The notes: generated by a model from the letters alone, not told the origin. A DNA stretch of 64,000 bases from an uncultured Gemmatimonadales bacterium (GCA_963798845.1 CAWCUS010000006.1:736001-800000); one strand, 5' to 3'; positions 18,904 to 29,936 are shown, counted from the first letter of the stretch. Translations and numbers: made by a program.

Positions 18904-19870
18904 ATGAGCGATCACGGCGAGGTCGACCTTTCGCGGGTCCGGACGTTTCCGGTCGCGTTGCGGCCGAACAAGGTCCGGGCCGAGGACTTCGCCGGCGTTC
19001 CGGGCGACGATCGCTCGTTCGCCGCCTTCCTGCACTCCCTCCCCGACATCCTCCAGGCGCGCAGCTTCCTCGCGGTCGTGGACGCCATCGCGGCGGCGGC
19101 GAGGTCGGGCCGTGGCGTGGTGTGCATGATGGGCGGCCACGTGGTCAAGACCGGCGTCGGACCCCTTCTCATCGAGCTCGTGCGACGGGGCGTGGTCACG
19201 CAGCTGGCCAGCAACGGCTCCGCCGTGATCCACGACTACGAGAATGGCTCGCTGGGGTGGAACCAGCGAGGACGTGGAGGCGGGGCTCGCCGATGGCACC
19301 TTCGGCATGGCGGACGAGACCGGTCGCGAGATGAACGAGGCGATCCGCCGCGGCGCCCGAGAGGGATGGGGACTCGGCGAGTCGCTCGGCCGGGAGCTGG
19401 AAGCGTTCGCGGGGCGAGGCGAGCTGGCGCACGGGGAACGGTCGCTGCTCCTGGCCGCGCGGGCCGCAGGCGTGCAATTCACCGTCCACGCGGCGCTGGG
19501 CGCGGAGATCATCCATCAGCACCCTGCCGCCAATGGCGCCGCCATCGGCGACACGAGCATGCGGGATTTCCGCCGTCTGGCCGAGTCGCTGACCGGGCTG
19601 GAGGACGGGGTGGTGCTGAACCTCGGCTCGGCCGTCGTCATGCCCGAGGTCTTCCTGAAGGCGCTCACCGTGTGCCGGAACATCCATGACGGGCGACCCG
19701 GTGCGTTCACGGCCGTGGACCTGGACATGATCCGGCATTACCGGCCGCGCATGAACGTCGTGGAGCGACCCACGCGGACGGGTGGCGGGACGGGGTATCA
19801 GATCACCGGGCACCACGAGATCATGGTACCGCTGCTGGTGTGGGCGGTGCTCGATCGGCTGGAACGCTGA
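18904..19870 (+). CDS. deoxyhypusine synthase-like conserved protein, one frameshift near 19245
   Basis: MGGHVVKTG..NGSAVIHDYE in one frame continues as TSEDVEAGLADGTFGMADETG..NLGSAVVMPEVFLKA..GHHEIM in another. Confidence 0.7.
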
Positions 19871-22370
19871 TCCCGCCGGGCCGCGGCGCCGGGCCGGACT
19901 GCGGCCGGGCGAAGCGCAGCAGCAGGCGGTGCGACAGGTCCGCGGCGTACACGAAGAGCCGGTCGGCCGCCAGCCCGTAGAACGCCGCGCCGGGAACGCG
20001 CGCGACGGTGCGGACCCCGTCGCCGTCCACGGCCAGGATCCGTCCCTCGCCCCCTCGCTCCGCCGCGTAGACGCCGCCGCCGGGGGCCGCCGCCACGGCC
20101 ACCAGCCGGCCCCGCTCGACTCCCGTTCGCACCACCGTGACCGTCCCGTCGGGATCCACGCGCGCGATGTCGCCCGAATACAGCGCGGCGAACACGCGCC
20201 CGTCCCGATCCGCCGCGACCTGGTAGACCGCCTGCCGCAGGTCGAGCCAGACCGCGGCGACGCCGCCCGGAGACACCCGCGTCAGACGCCCGGACCACTC
20301 GGCCACCAGCAGGCTCCCGTCCGGGAGCGTCGTCAGTCCGTAGGCAGGCCCGTCCACCGGCCTCGCGGCCACCAGCGCGGCGGTGCCATCCGGATCGGCA
20401 CGGTAGAGATACGTCTCGTCGTGCGCCCGGGCGAGCACGTACACCCCCCCGCCAGGGGCGGGGGTGGGGGAGTAGAGGGCGTCGGCGGGGAGCCGGACGA
20501 GGGTGCGGGCGAAGCCGCCGTCGCCCGGCAGGAGGAGGAGCCGGGGGCGCGGCCGAAGCCCCACAGCGTTCCAGGCCATGCCGCCCAGCACCACTCCGCT
20601 CCCGGCCGCCGCAAGCCCCCACGTCCAGTCGATCTCCCTGGCCACCGCCGCCGGGGCGCCCGGAGCGGCCACGCGCATCGTCACCGACAGCCGGTCGGCC
20701 ACCCGTCCGGTGCGCGACTCCACCAGCTCCACGTCCGCGGGGTGGTCGCCGGGGGCGAGGTGACCCCCGTCGGCGACGAGCCGGACCGCGCCCCTCACGC
20801 GCCGCACGTGCAGCCAGGTCGCGGCCGACCGCGGCCGCCACTCCGCCGCAGCGCCGTCGGCGCGCACGTCGACGTCCGTCTCAATGGCGGGTCCGTCCAC
20901 GCTGGTGGTGAGTGCGACGGCGAGGCGCGACCACGCGAGACCGGGGATGCTGCGCGCCCGGACGAGCGTTTCCGTCGCATTCCCGATCGCATCCAGCGTC
21001 AACGGCAGGCGCTCCGATTCGGGCGGGACCCGCAGGCCGGGGAAGGGACCGGCAGTGTCCTCCCCGTCCACCACCGCCAGGATGCCGTCGGCGTCCCGGG
21101 CGACGAGCGCGACGGCCGGCTGGCGCTCATCTCCGTTCCACATCCCGGCCTGCGCGCGCTCCGGGTCCACCATCCACACCAGCAGGCCGTGACCTGGAAG
21201 GTCCCGGTCCGATCCCGCCACCGTCCGCTCCTCCAGCAGCAGGTAGCGCCCGCTGCCATCGGGGACGGTCACGCGGAGGATCCGGTCCCGCCCACCGCTC
21301 GCCTGAATCACGCCCGTGCTGTCCAGCTCGAGCCGGTCCTCCCGCACCCAGCCCAGCTTTTCCCTGACCCACGCCCCGGGGTGCGCAGGGGAATGCGGGC
21401 TGGAATGGCTACCCGTCCCCATGAGACCCCACGACCCGATGCCGTACGAGCTGCCGTCGTAGTCGTACAGGTCCGGCATTCCGAACGCGTGCGCAGTCTC
21501 GTGGGCCAGCACGCCGATCTGAGACGGCGCGCACGTCGCAGCGGAGAGGGCGGGGAGGATGACGTAGTCGGCGATCCGGATGAACCCGCCGCCCGCCGCC
21601 CGGTCGTCGGTGACGTACGGCGCCATCGCTCCACGGTGTGGCCAGATCGCCCCCTCGCCCGAACGCCGGCCGCAACGAGTGGCGTAGAAGAAGGCGACGA
21701 AGTCGACGAAACCGTCGTCGTCGCCCGAGTTGGGAATGCCGTCGGGGCCGTCGTTGTCGAACGTCGAGAAGTCCAGCGCCGGATCCGCCCTGTCCAGCGC
21801 CTCCTGCCGGAGCTCCGCCACCCGGCCGAAGCGCCCCCACCCCTCGTCCTCGCCTCGCAGGTAATGGCGCGCCGGGTTGGGAAGGCGCACCCAGGAAGTG
21901 ACCATGCCGTGCACATCCACCAGTCCGCCACTCACCTCCCGCCAGTAGGCGGCGTAGCTCACGGTGTCACCCCGGCTCTCCCCGAACAGCCGGTTCGCCA
22001 TCGACACCGGAGCGAACGGGGCGGCCACGTCCGCGTAGCGGACCAGGATCACCGGCACCCGGAGATCGCCCGTGAGCGCGCCGCCCACCCGCGCCATGTC
22101 GGCTGGAGAGGCCCCGTCCAGGAGGCCCGCAGCCCTCAGCTCGGCGCGCCGACGGATCACCGCGTCCGTCTTTCGCAGCCATGCGCGGCTGAATTCCTGG
22201 AGCGAGCTCCCGCTCCGCCCCAGGCCCTCGATCTCCGAAGGCACCAGCGCTCCCCCGGCTGCGGGCAGCACGGCCGCGTCCTGCGCGCTCGCTTCCGTCG
22301 CTCCGGTCCAGACGAGGATGCCGAGAAGCAGCACCCGTACGCCCGACCCTGCGAAGGGAAGTCGGTGGAT
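19821..22370 (-). CDS. M6 family (immune inhibitor A-like) metalloprotease with C-terminal beta-propeller
   Basis: HETAHAFGMPDLYD zinc motif, DNDGPDG..DDDGFVD, WGLMGTG, repeated propeller blades; start uncertain (ATC 22370 or GTG 22334). Confidence 0.85.
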   Translation of the reverse strand: MHRLPFAGSGVRVLLLGILVWTGATEASAQDAAVLPAAGGALVPSEIEGLGRSGSSLQEFSRAWLRKTDAVIRRRAELRAAGLLDGASPADMARVGGALTGDLRVPVILVRYADVAAPFAPVSMANRLFGESRGDTVSYAAYWREVSGGLVDVHGMVTSWVRLPNPARHYLRGEDEGWGRFGRVAELRQEALDRADPALDFSTFDNDGPDGIPNSGDDDGFVDFVAFFYATRCGRRSGEGAIWPHRGAMAPYVTDDRAAGGGFIRIADYVILPALSAATCAPSQIGVLAHETAHAFGMPDLYDYDGSSYGIGSWGLMGTGSHSSPHSPAHPGAWVREKLGWVREDRLELDSTGVIQASGGRDRILRVTVPDGSGRYLLLEERTVAGSDRDLPGHGLLVWMVDPERAQAGMWNGDERQPAVALVARDADGILAVVDGEDTAGPFPGLRVPPESERLPLTLDAIGNATETLVRARSIPGLAWSRLAVALTTSVDGPAIETDVDVRADGAAAEWRPRSAATWLHVRRVRGAVRLVADGGHLAPGDHPADVELVESRTGRVADRLSVTMRVAAPGAPAAVAREIDWTWGLAAAGSGVVLGGMAWNAVGLRPRPRLLLLPGDGGFARTLVRLPADALYSPTPAPGGGVYVLARAHDETYLYRADPDGTAALVAARPVDGPAYGLTTLPDGSLLVAEWSGRLTRVSPGGVAAVWLDLRQAVYQVAADRDGRVFAALYSGDIARVDPDGTVTVVRTGVERGRLVAVAAAPGGGVYAAERGGEGRILAVDGDGVRTVARVPGAAFYGLAADRLFVYAADLSHRLLLRFARPQSGPAPRPGGISVPADRAPPTPAAVP

Positions 22371-22531
22371 GACTCCCTCCTGGATGGGGTTGCCCCGCTC
22401 CCTCGCGGGGACTGCTCGTGTGTGGCGTTCGACGAGGAGATTCCGACCGGGAACGAGAGGCCCTCCACAGCCCCTCGCACTACAAATGTTCCACCCGCCC
22501 ACGCGCACCGTCAAGCTTCCCGATCCAGGGG

Positions 22532-22559
22532 TTGACCTCTCTCCAGCCAACGCTATAAT
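22532..22559 (+). promoter_or_regulatory. sigma70 promoter of the tRNA pair
   Basis: TTGACC-N16-TATAAT, ending 12 nt before tRNA-Glu. Confidence 0.85.
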
Positions 22560-22571
22560 TCGGGCTGCCTT

Positions 22572-22644
22572 GCCCCCATCGTCTAGTGGCCTAGGATATC
22601 TGGTTCTCAGCCAGGAGACCGGGGTTCGATTCCCCGTGGGGGTA
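22572..22644 (+). tRNA. tRNA-Glu (CTC)
   Basis: GCCCCCA/TGGGGGT acceptor stem, anticodon arm TCTGG-TTCTCAG-CCAGG, TTCGATT T-loop; no encoded CCA. Confidence 0.95.
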
Positions 22645-22651
22645 TGTGGGC

Positions 22652-22725
<74 letters not shown>

Positions 22726-22727
22726 TG

Positions 22728-22772
22728 AACGCCGTAAACCGTTGCACCACAATGGTTTACGGCGTTTTCTTT
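22728..22772 (+). terminator. hairpin plus T-tract after the tRNA pair
   Basis: AACGCCGTAAACCGTTG-N5-CAATGGTTTACGGCGTT followed by TTCTTT. Confidence 0.7.
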
Positions 22773-22848
22773 TAGGGATGGTTTGCCGGTTGCTGCTGCA
22801 ATAGGGCGATGGGAGCGAGCGGGCGCCGTCGCGCGGACCGCGAGCGGC

Positions 22849-23142
22849 TCAGGGCCCTTCGCCGGCTCCGTGCTGCCCGGACTCCCGCCGACTCCGCTTC
22901 TGCTGCCGGCGGACGGCGCGGTCGCAGGTGGCGACGATCCAGTAGAGCGCGACGAGGAAGGCGCCGAGGCCGACCCAGGTCCACGTCCCGCCTGCCCCCA
23001 GATAGATCGTGACCAGGGCGGCGACGGCGAGGGCGAAGGCCGCTCCGAGCTGCCCCTCCGAGACGGTGGTCGTGAGGCGGTGCTGCCCCCATTCCTCCTC
23101 CGGGAGCAGGACCCCGTGCTGCCTGAGGTCATCCATGCTCAT
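22849..23142 (-). CDS. small two-TM membrane protein
   Basis: ATGA overlap with APC-USP stop; two hydrophobic helices; basic tail. Confidence 0.65.
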   Translation of the reverse strand: MSMDDLRQHGVLLPEEEWGQHRLTTTVSEGQLGAAFALAVAALVTIYLGAGGTWTWVGLGAFLVALYWIVATCDRAVRRQQKRSRRESGQHGAGEGP

Positions 23143-25476
23143 GCGCGGGCCTCCGTGGCGGGTGCCACCGTGGGCGCATCTCCGCGGAAGAAGTCCACGA
23201 TGTCCAGGACGCGGGATCGGAGGGGGTGGCGCCGCTGCTTGAAGAGCAGGAGCCGCCCCCGGGACCTGCGCGCGATCTGCTCTGGCTTGGTGCCGAGGAC
23301 GAGTCGCTGGATGAGGCCCTCTCGGGCGGCACCGATGACGGTGAGGTCGTAGTCGGCCGACTCCTCGCCGACGGTCTCGGCCACGTCCCGGGAGGAGACC
23401 TCGCGCAGCGGGAGATTGGGGTGGGTGCCGAGCCCGCCGACGCCGAGGTCGGAAAGATTGTGGTACAGCTCATCGACGCGGTCCCGCCGGTCCTGATCGG
23501 GGAGGTCCGGGGGCACGACGTGCATCAGCTCGACGCCGCCCTCGGTTCCGGCGAGGATGGAAGCGACCTCGATCATGCGGCGTGCCTGGCGGGGGTACGC
23601 CACCGGGACCAGGATGCGGTGCAGCCCCGACAGGTCGTCAGCGCGCAGCACGGCCACCTCGGAGGGCGCGGCGCGGAGGATCCAGTCGATATTGCTGCCC
23701 AGCGTGTTCTCGCCACGCCGGCTGCCGCGCCACCCGAGGACCACCAGGTCGATGTCGCTGTCCTCGATCTCATGGATGATGGCCTCCGCCGGTTTGTGGC
23801 CGATCCGGATGATGGAGCTGGAGCGGACGCCCTGCCGTTCCAGCGTCTCGGTGGCCTGGTCGAGCACTTCCTCGTACGCCTCCCGGATGAACCGGCGCCC
23901 GACCTCGAGCGGGGTCTGACTGGGAACGGTGATCACGTGCAGAAGCACGACCTCGCCGTCGTGGGCTCGAGCCATTGTGGCGGCGAAATCGATGAGCGCA
24001 CCCGCGCGCCTGGGATTGGCGACCGGCACCAGGACGCGGTACGCGGCCCTGGGCGCCCGCTCGCGGAGCACCACGGCCGTCGCGACTTTGGCCCGTTCAC
24101 GTCCCCGGGCGTAGAAGTAGTAGATCAGCCCCCCCACGCCGATCCAGCCGAGCGCCGCGTACCACGCCAGGTGCGAGTAGTGGAACATGAACAGCGCCAG
24201 GCCGAGCTTCGTGACCACGCCGAGGATCGGCAGATAGGGGAAGAACGGGATCAGAAAGCCGTAGTCGAGCTTGTCGCCGTACTTCTTCCGGATGGTGAGG
24301 ATGGCGACGTTCACCTGAAGGAACAGCAGCAGGAACATCACGTCGGCGGCGGCGGCAACGTGCTCGATCGGCACGGCCACTGCCATGAAGATGATGAGCG
24401 TGCCGCTCGCCAGGAGGGCGAGGAACGGCGTGCGGGTCCCGGCGGTGAACGCGGGCGAAGAAGTCCGGGAGGTTCCGGTCCCGGCCCATGGCGAACGAAA
24501 CGCGCGTGGAGCTAGAACGTGGTGGCGTTGAGGGCCGACATGGTGGACAGAATCCCGCCCACCAGCAGCAGCGATGCTGCCGCAGCGGCATGAACTGGCG
24601 CGCCGCCTCGGCGAGTCCGAGCTCCTTGTGCTCCCCGAGCCAGTGCCAGGTAGGCTCGCCAGTGCCCGGTATGAACGGCGCCGACGGCGGCGACGGCGAC
24701 CAGCATGTAGATCGGGATGACGATGGCGAGCGACAGAACACCGCCCGGGGGATGTTCCGTTGCGGGTCCCGGACCTCCTCGCCCGCCTGGACGATGATCT
24801 CGTAGCCCTCGAAGGCGATGAACGTGAGCCCCATGGCCGTGAACACGCCGCCCATCCCGCGGGAGCGAACGGGGTGAAGCTTGCTCCAGCTCGACGGCTC
24901 GCGGAACATGGCCCAGAGGCCGCTGGCGATGAAGATGCCCGATGATCGACGACCTTGGCCACGGTCACGATGTTGCCCGCCAGCCCCGTCTCCGACGACG
25001 CCGCGGAAGTTGATGCCGATGAAGACGAGCGCGATAAGCACCGCGAACGAGCTTCTCCAGCGCGCTTCCGGCTGAGCCCGAAGATGCTCCACGCCGAGGT
25101 CCTGCAGCGACCAGACCGACGTATGCACCGAAGCCCGAGAGCGTAGAGGCTGCCGGCGACGGCGTGGGCGAACCAGCTCATCCAGCCGGCCAGGAACGCG
25201 TTGGCCCGGGCAGCCCCTCCTTCACCCAGAGATAGCCGCCGCCGGCCTCGGGGATGGCCGAGCCCAGCTCGGCGTAGACCATGGCGGTGAGGAACGTGAT
25301 GACGCCGTTGAGCGGCGAAGACAGGATCAGCGCCGGGCCCGCGCGGTCCCGGCCGCGATGCCGGTCAGGACGAAGATGCCCGCGCCGATCATGGCGCCGA
25401 CGCCCACCATCGTGATGGTGAAGAGGCCGAGATCCCGGCTCAACTCGGCGGGTGCGTGCTGTGGGTAGGAGGGCAT
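23139..25476 (-). CDS. APC-family permease fused to two USP domains (several frameshifts as assembled)
   Basis: LSRDLGLFTITMVGVGAMIGAGIFVLTG, YAELGSAIPEAGGGYLW, FIAFEGYE, PFFPYLPILG; USP motifs VLVPVANP..VVLGWRG and ILVPVAYP..VIGAAREG. Confidence 0.85.
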
Positions 25477-25481
25477 GCGCC

Positions 25482-25547
25482 ACGGTAACGCCGATCCTGT
25501 TACGACCGCATAAGGATCGGAGCGCGTGGCGTAAAGAAGACGTGAAG
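25482..25547 (-). promoter_or_regulatory. four-box direct-repeat promoter (KdpE-like boxes) of the APC-USP gene
   Basis: minus strand CTTCACG(25547), CTTTACG(25536), CCTTATG(25515), CGTAACA(25504), -10 TACCGT(25487). Confidence 0.7.
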
Positions 25548-25589
25548 AGTGCTCGGCTGCCGGGCGGCGTCCCGAAACGGCTCGAGATG

Positions 25590-27123
25590 CTCACGTCGAA
25601 ATCGGCCGCAGGGAGGCGGAGCTCGAAGATGCTGCCGCCGCCGGGCCGAGGCCGGTACACCACGGTCCCGCCCTGCGCTTCGGCGACGTGGCGAGCGATG
25701 GCCAGCCCGAGGCCCGTGCCCTGCGCGCCGGCAGCGGAGGCTGAGCGGAAGTACGGCTCGAACATCCGCGCCTCCTCACCCGGCTGGATTCCCGGCCCAC
25801 GGTCCGCGACCTCGAACACCAGCTGCTCGTCTTCGCGCCGGACGTTCAGCTCCACGGAGCTCGGCTCCGGCGAGTGGCGGAGCGCGTTCTCCAGCAGGTT
25901 GGAGAGGGCGCGGAGCGCGTGGACGAAATCGAATCGCCCGAGGAGCAGGGGATCGCCCGAGAGCGGGCGGATGGTCATTTCGGCGGCCCCGGGAACGCCC
26001 GCGAGCTGGTGGAGCGCCGCGCCGACCAGATCCTCGGCCGCATTGATCTCCGGCTGCACCGGGAGGGCGCCGGCACGGGCCCGGGACAGGTCGAGCAGGT
26101 CAGAAACCAGCCGGTTCAGCCGGATGCTCTCCTCCTCGATCACGGCTCCTCTCTCCTCTCCGGCGGAGCGGAGCTCGCTCGCGGCGGCGCGGATAGCCGT
26201 GAGCGGGGTCCGGAGGTCGTGGGACACGCTGGCGAGCAACGCATCCTTCAAGCGGTCGGCTTCCCGCAGCGCGGCGACGTGCTCGGCTTCCGCTTCCAGA
26301 GCCGATCGGTCCAGAGCGAGGGCGGCGTAGTAAGCCAGGGCGTCCGCGAAGGCCGCCTGGGCGGAGCGGAACCGCAGCCCCTCCGGGTCCGCCAGGCGAA
26401 GGACGCCCACCGTTCGATCCCGGACCCGTAGCGGGACCATGATCTCCCGGAGCCCCGCGGACGTGGTCAGCGCGGTCGCCAGTGAGGCATGGCCGGGCTG
26501 GACGGACGACGTCCCGTCGAGACGGACGCCGACGATGCGCGCGTGCTCCAGGGCGAACGCAACCAGCTCCGGGTTCGCCGTCTCGCCGTACGCCGAGCCC
26601 GCGACCGCCGACGGCACCGGGTCCGCCGCGAGGGCCGCGGGGCGGAGGACGCTGGCGTGGCTGACGGGAAGCTCGGAGGAGATCACCAGGGTGATGGCGT
26701 CCAGCGCATCCTCCGCGCGGGGGACGGAAAGGCTTTCGGCACCGAGCGCGGCCAGGCGCTCCACCTCGGCCGTCCGGCGTTCCGCCGTCACTGTGGCGAG
26801 CTGCTGACGGTGGACGAGCTCGGCGGCCACCATGGCGGTGATGAGAAACGCCACCAGGACCCACCAGTCCAGCGCGTTGGCGATCCGGAGCGTGTAGAAC
26901 GGCGGCAGCAGGAAGAAGTTGAATGCGAAGAAGCTGGCCACGGCAAGGAGGATCGCACGATGGCTCGTCCGCCCCGGGCGCTGCCGGCGAGCACGAGCAG
27001 AAGGTAGGCGAGCGCGAGGTGGGCCTTCTCGAGGCGGCCGTGGAAGAACCACAGGGCAGCCGTGAGGAGCGTGAGCGCCGCCAGTGACACCAGCACGGGC
27101 CGCCATCCCGGAAGGCCGGTCAC
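25590..27123 (-). CDS. kdpD: KdpD-like sensor histidine kinase (DUF4118 TM-GAF-HisKA-HATPase) lacking N-terminal KdpD/USP domains; frameshifted, 3' end approximate
   Basis: FNFFLLPPFYTLRI, SVSHDLRTPLTAI, NLLENALRHS, DRGPGI, GTGLGLAIA; adjacent to kdpE. Confidence 0.8.
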
Positions 27124-27133
27124 CGCCCCGCCT

Positions 27134-27837
27134 TCAGCCCGGGATCTCGAACCTGTAGCCAACGCCGGGCTCCGTGATGATGAGCTTGGGACGAAGTGCG
27201 TCCGGCTCCAGCTTCCGTCTGAGGTTGGCGACGTACACCCGCAGGTACTGCTGCGGGTCGCCCCCGGAACGCGGCCACACGGCGTCGAACAGCTGGTGGT
27301 GCGTGAGCGTCTTCCCCGCCGAGCGCGAGGAACGCGCGGAGAAGCTCCCACTCCGTCGGCGTGAGATGGATGTCGTCGCCCCCGCGGCGGACGGTGCGGG
27401 ACGCGGTGTCGATCACGAGGCCGTCCGAGATCCATGACACCTTCGCCGCCGGGGACCTCCGCCATGCGCGCGCGTCTCAACTGGGCACGAACCCGGGCGC
27501 GCAGCTCGCCGGGGCTGAACGGCTTCGTGATGTAATCGTCCGCCCCTTCCTCGAGCAGGCGGACCTTCTCCTTCTCCGAGTGGTGCGCCGACAGCACGAG
27601 GATGGGGGCGGTGGACCACTTCCGGATCTCTCCACAGACCCAGAGCCCCGGCTTGTCCGGGAGGCCCAGGTCGAGGATGACCACGTCAGGCCGCTGGGCG
27701 GCGGCGAGATCGACGCCCGCGCGCGCCGTCTCCGCTTCGAGCACGCGGTCCATGTCTTCCGCGAGGGCGTTCCGGACCGCGCGCACGATGTGGGGCTCAT
27801 CGTCAATGACGAGGGCGACCGTCTCGGGTTCCGCCAA
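27134..27837 (-). CDS. kdpE: KdpE response regulator (OmpR family), two frameshifts as assembled
   Basis: DDEP, ILDLGLPD, GADDYITKPF, HLTPTEWELL, YLRVYVANLRRKLEPD..PKLIITEPGVGYRF; RBS GGAG before TTG. Confidence 0.88.
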
Positions 27838-27941
27838 GCGTGTGCTCCAGTCCGAAGGGGGCGGGCTTCACCGGAAGCTACGTCGCCGGCGGGCCGGACA
27901 CCAAGACATCCCGACCCCATCCCGGCGGGGTAGCCGCATCT

Positions 27942-28007
27942 CTTTACGGGATCTTCACGCCTTCACCCACGGCGTTCACGCGGCGCTTACGGCCTTGCCC
28001 CCATCTT
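27942..28007 (+). promoter_or_regulatory. four-box direct-repeat promoter (KdpE-like boxes) of the trk operon
   Basis: CTTTACG(27942), CTTCACG(27953), GTTCACG(27974), GCTTACG(27985), -10-like CATCTT(28002). Confidence 0.75.
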
Positions 28008-28043
28008 GACTCCGACGACGGAAGTCAATGCAAGGGGGACCCC

Positions 28044-28491
28044 ATGCAAGCGACCGCAGAAACACGCACCGGAAAGCGGACGGGGCTGGTTCCACGGACG
28101 GTCTGGTGGGTAGCGGGATACGTCCTTGTGGCGGCGCTGGTGGTGTTCGCGATCACCCTGCTGTTCCGTCCCTCGCCGCTTCCCATCGTGGGGACGTGGG
28201 TCGGCCGGGACTCCGTGGGCATGCGCGTGGTCTATCATTTCGAGCCCGACGGCAGCGGCTATCGCGTGGCCGCCGGCCGCACCGAGCCGCTGCGGTACGA
28301 GGTGGACCTGCGGATACCCCAACCTGATCCGGCTGACAGTGGGCGACGAGCCAGACGCGCGGATCACGCGCGGGCTGCTGCAGCTGCGATCGGATTCCCG
28401 GATCCGGATCCAGCTCGCCCCCGCAGGCGAAGCGGCACCGCGGCAGGTCGGGCCCGGTGCACTGGACCTGAGACGGCAGGCGACGCGCTGA
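28044..28491 (+). CDS. hypothetical membrane-anchored small beta-rich protein (frameshift near 28305)
   Basis: RBS AAGGGGG, TM helix, IVGTWVG..FEPDG; continues as YPNLIRLTVG...RQATR to stop 28491. Confidence 0.55.
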
Positions 28492-28494
28492 GCC

Positions 28495-28860
28495 ATGCGT
28501 GAAACCAGGGTCCTCGTCGTGGACGACGAAAAGAACATCAGGACGGTGATCACCGGCGCGCTCGAGGGGCCGGAGCTGTCGGTGCGGAGCGCGGTGAACG
28601 GAGAGGACGCTCTGCAGCGGCTGGAGGACGGCGCGGCCGACGTGGTTCTCCTCGACCTGAAGCTCCCGGGCATGGGCGGGATCGAAGTCCTCCGGCGGAT
28701 CCGGGACGCGTGGCCGGACACCCGCGTGATCGTGATCACGGCCCACGGGACGGTGGCCACGGCGGTGGAGGCCATGAAGCTCGGGGCCGTTGACTTCATT
28801 GAGAAGCCGTTCGCGGCCGAAGAGGTCCGCCAGGCTGTCCGGAACGCCAGCGGCTCATGA
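28495..28860 (+). CDS. single-domain response regulator (receiver only)
   Basis: VLVVDDE, VLLDLKLPG, ITAHG, FIEKPF; 121 aa. Confidence 0.88.
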   Translation: MRETRVLVVDDEKNIRTVITGALEGPELSVRSAVNGEDALQRLEDGAADVVLLDLKLPGMGGIEVLRRIRDAWPDTRVIVITAHGTVATAVEAMKLGAVDFIEKPFAAEEVRQAVRNASGS

Positions 28861-29273
28861 GCGCCCGCTACGTGGTCATCGTGGGCTGCGGCCGTTTCGG
28901 CTCCACGCTCGCTGGCACGCTCAGCAGCCAGGGGGACTCGGTGGTCGTCATCGACCGGGAGGAGACCGCGTTCGCGAAGCTGCCGCCCGAGTTCAGCGGC
29001 TTCCGCATCGCGGGCGACGCCGCGGAGCTTTCCGTGCTGCGCCAGGCGAAAGTGGAGCAGGCCGACATCGTCTGCGCCGCCACGGAGCGGGACAACCTCA
29101 ACCTCTTCGTGGCGCAGGCGGCAAAGGAGCTGTTCGGCGTCGAGCGGGTGGTGGCCCGCGTGTTCGATCCCACGCGCGAGCCGGTGTTCGAGGAGCTCGA
29201 CGTGGCCACGATCTCGCCGACCATGCTCGCGGCGGAAGCGTTCCTCGGCTTCGTGCGGGACGCGCCGTCATGA
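28857..29273 (+). CDS. trkA: TrkA/KTN NAD-binding K+ uptake regulatory subunit (RCK_N only)
   Basis: IVGCGRFG, GDAAEL..L, ATERDNLN, VVARVFDP, ISPT. Confidence 0.88.
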   Translation: MSARYVVIVGCGRFGSTLAGTLSSQGDSVVVIDREETAFAKLPPEFSGFRIAGDAAELSVLRQAKVEQADIVCAATERDNLNLFVAQAAKELFGVERVVARVFDPTREPVFEELDVATISPTMLAAEAFLGFVRDAPS

Positions 29274-29936
29274 GGGTGATCCTGGTCGGTGGCGGGAAGA
29301 CGGTGTTCTTCCTGGCCCGTCGGTTCCTCGGCAAGAACTTCCACGTCACCGTGATCACGCGTGAAGCAGCGGAGGCGAAGCGGTACGCACGGGATCTGCG
29401 CGCGCAGGTGCTGCTCGGGGACGGAACGTCGCCTGCCGCTTCTGAAGGACGCCGAGGCCACCCGGGCTGACGCGTTGCTCGCCCTGCTTCCGCGCGACGA
29501 GGACAACCTCATCGCGTGCCAGGTGGCCCGGCGCATGTTCGGCGTGCCGCACGTGGTGGCGCTGGTCAACGATCCCGAGAACGCGGAGCTGTTCCATCGC
29601 CTCGGCATCACGGCCACGTTCTCGGCCACCGACCTGCTCGCCCGTCTGATCGAGGAGCGACCGGCGTCGCGGCGGTGATGGACCTCTTCCCAGTGGCCAG
29701 CGGCCGCGTCCACATGACCGAGGTGGGGATCCCGGCGGGAGCGCCCGCGGATGGACGCGCGGTCCGCGACCTCAAGGCGCCGAGCCGGCGCGCTTGTGGC
29801 GTGCGTGATCCGCGGCGATGAGGTCATGGTGCCGAGCGGCGGGAGCGCGCTCCGGGCCGGAGACCGCCTGGTGCTCGTGAGTCAGCCGGACGACTACGGC
29901 CGTTTCCTGCGGCTCCTGCTGGGCGAGGATGCGTGA
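29270..29936 (+). CDS. trkA: TrkA family K+ uptake protein (RCK_N+RCK_C), frameshifted
   Basis: ILVGGGKT, GDGT, DEDNLIACQVA, ALVNDPEN, VIRGDEVMVP..LRAGDRLV across frames. Confidence 0.82.

Noticed and set aside
19240..19250. Programmed ribosomal frameshift in the DHS-like gene
   Set aside because: No slippery heptamer seen; an indel error is simpler
19782..22535. 917-aa plus-strand ORF
   Set aside because: Antisense shadow of the M6 protease; Arg/Pro-rich with no domain signal
25178..25590. C-terminal extension fusing KdpD to the APC gene
   Set aside because: Read-through crosses the APC promoter and start in a different frame; more likely a stop lost to an indel
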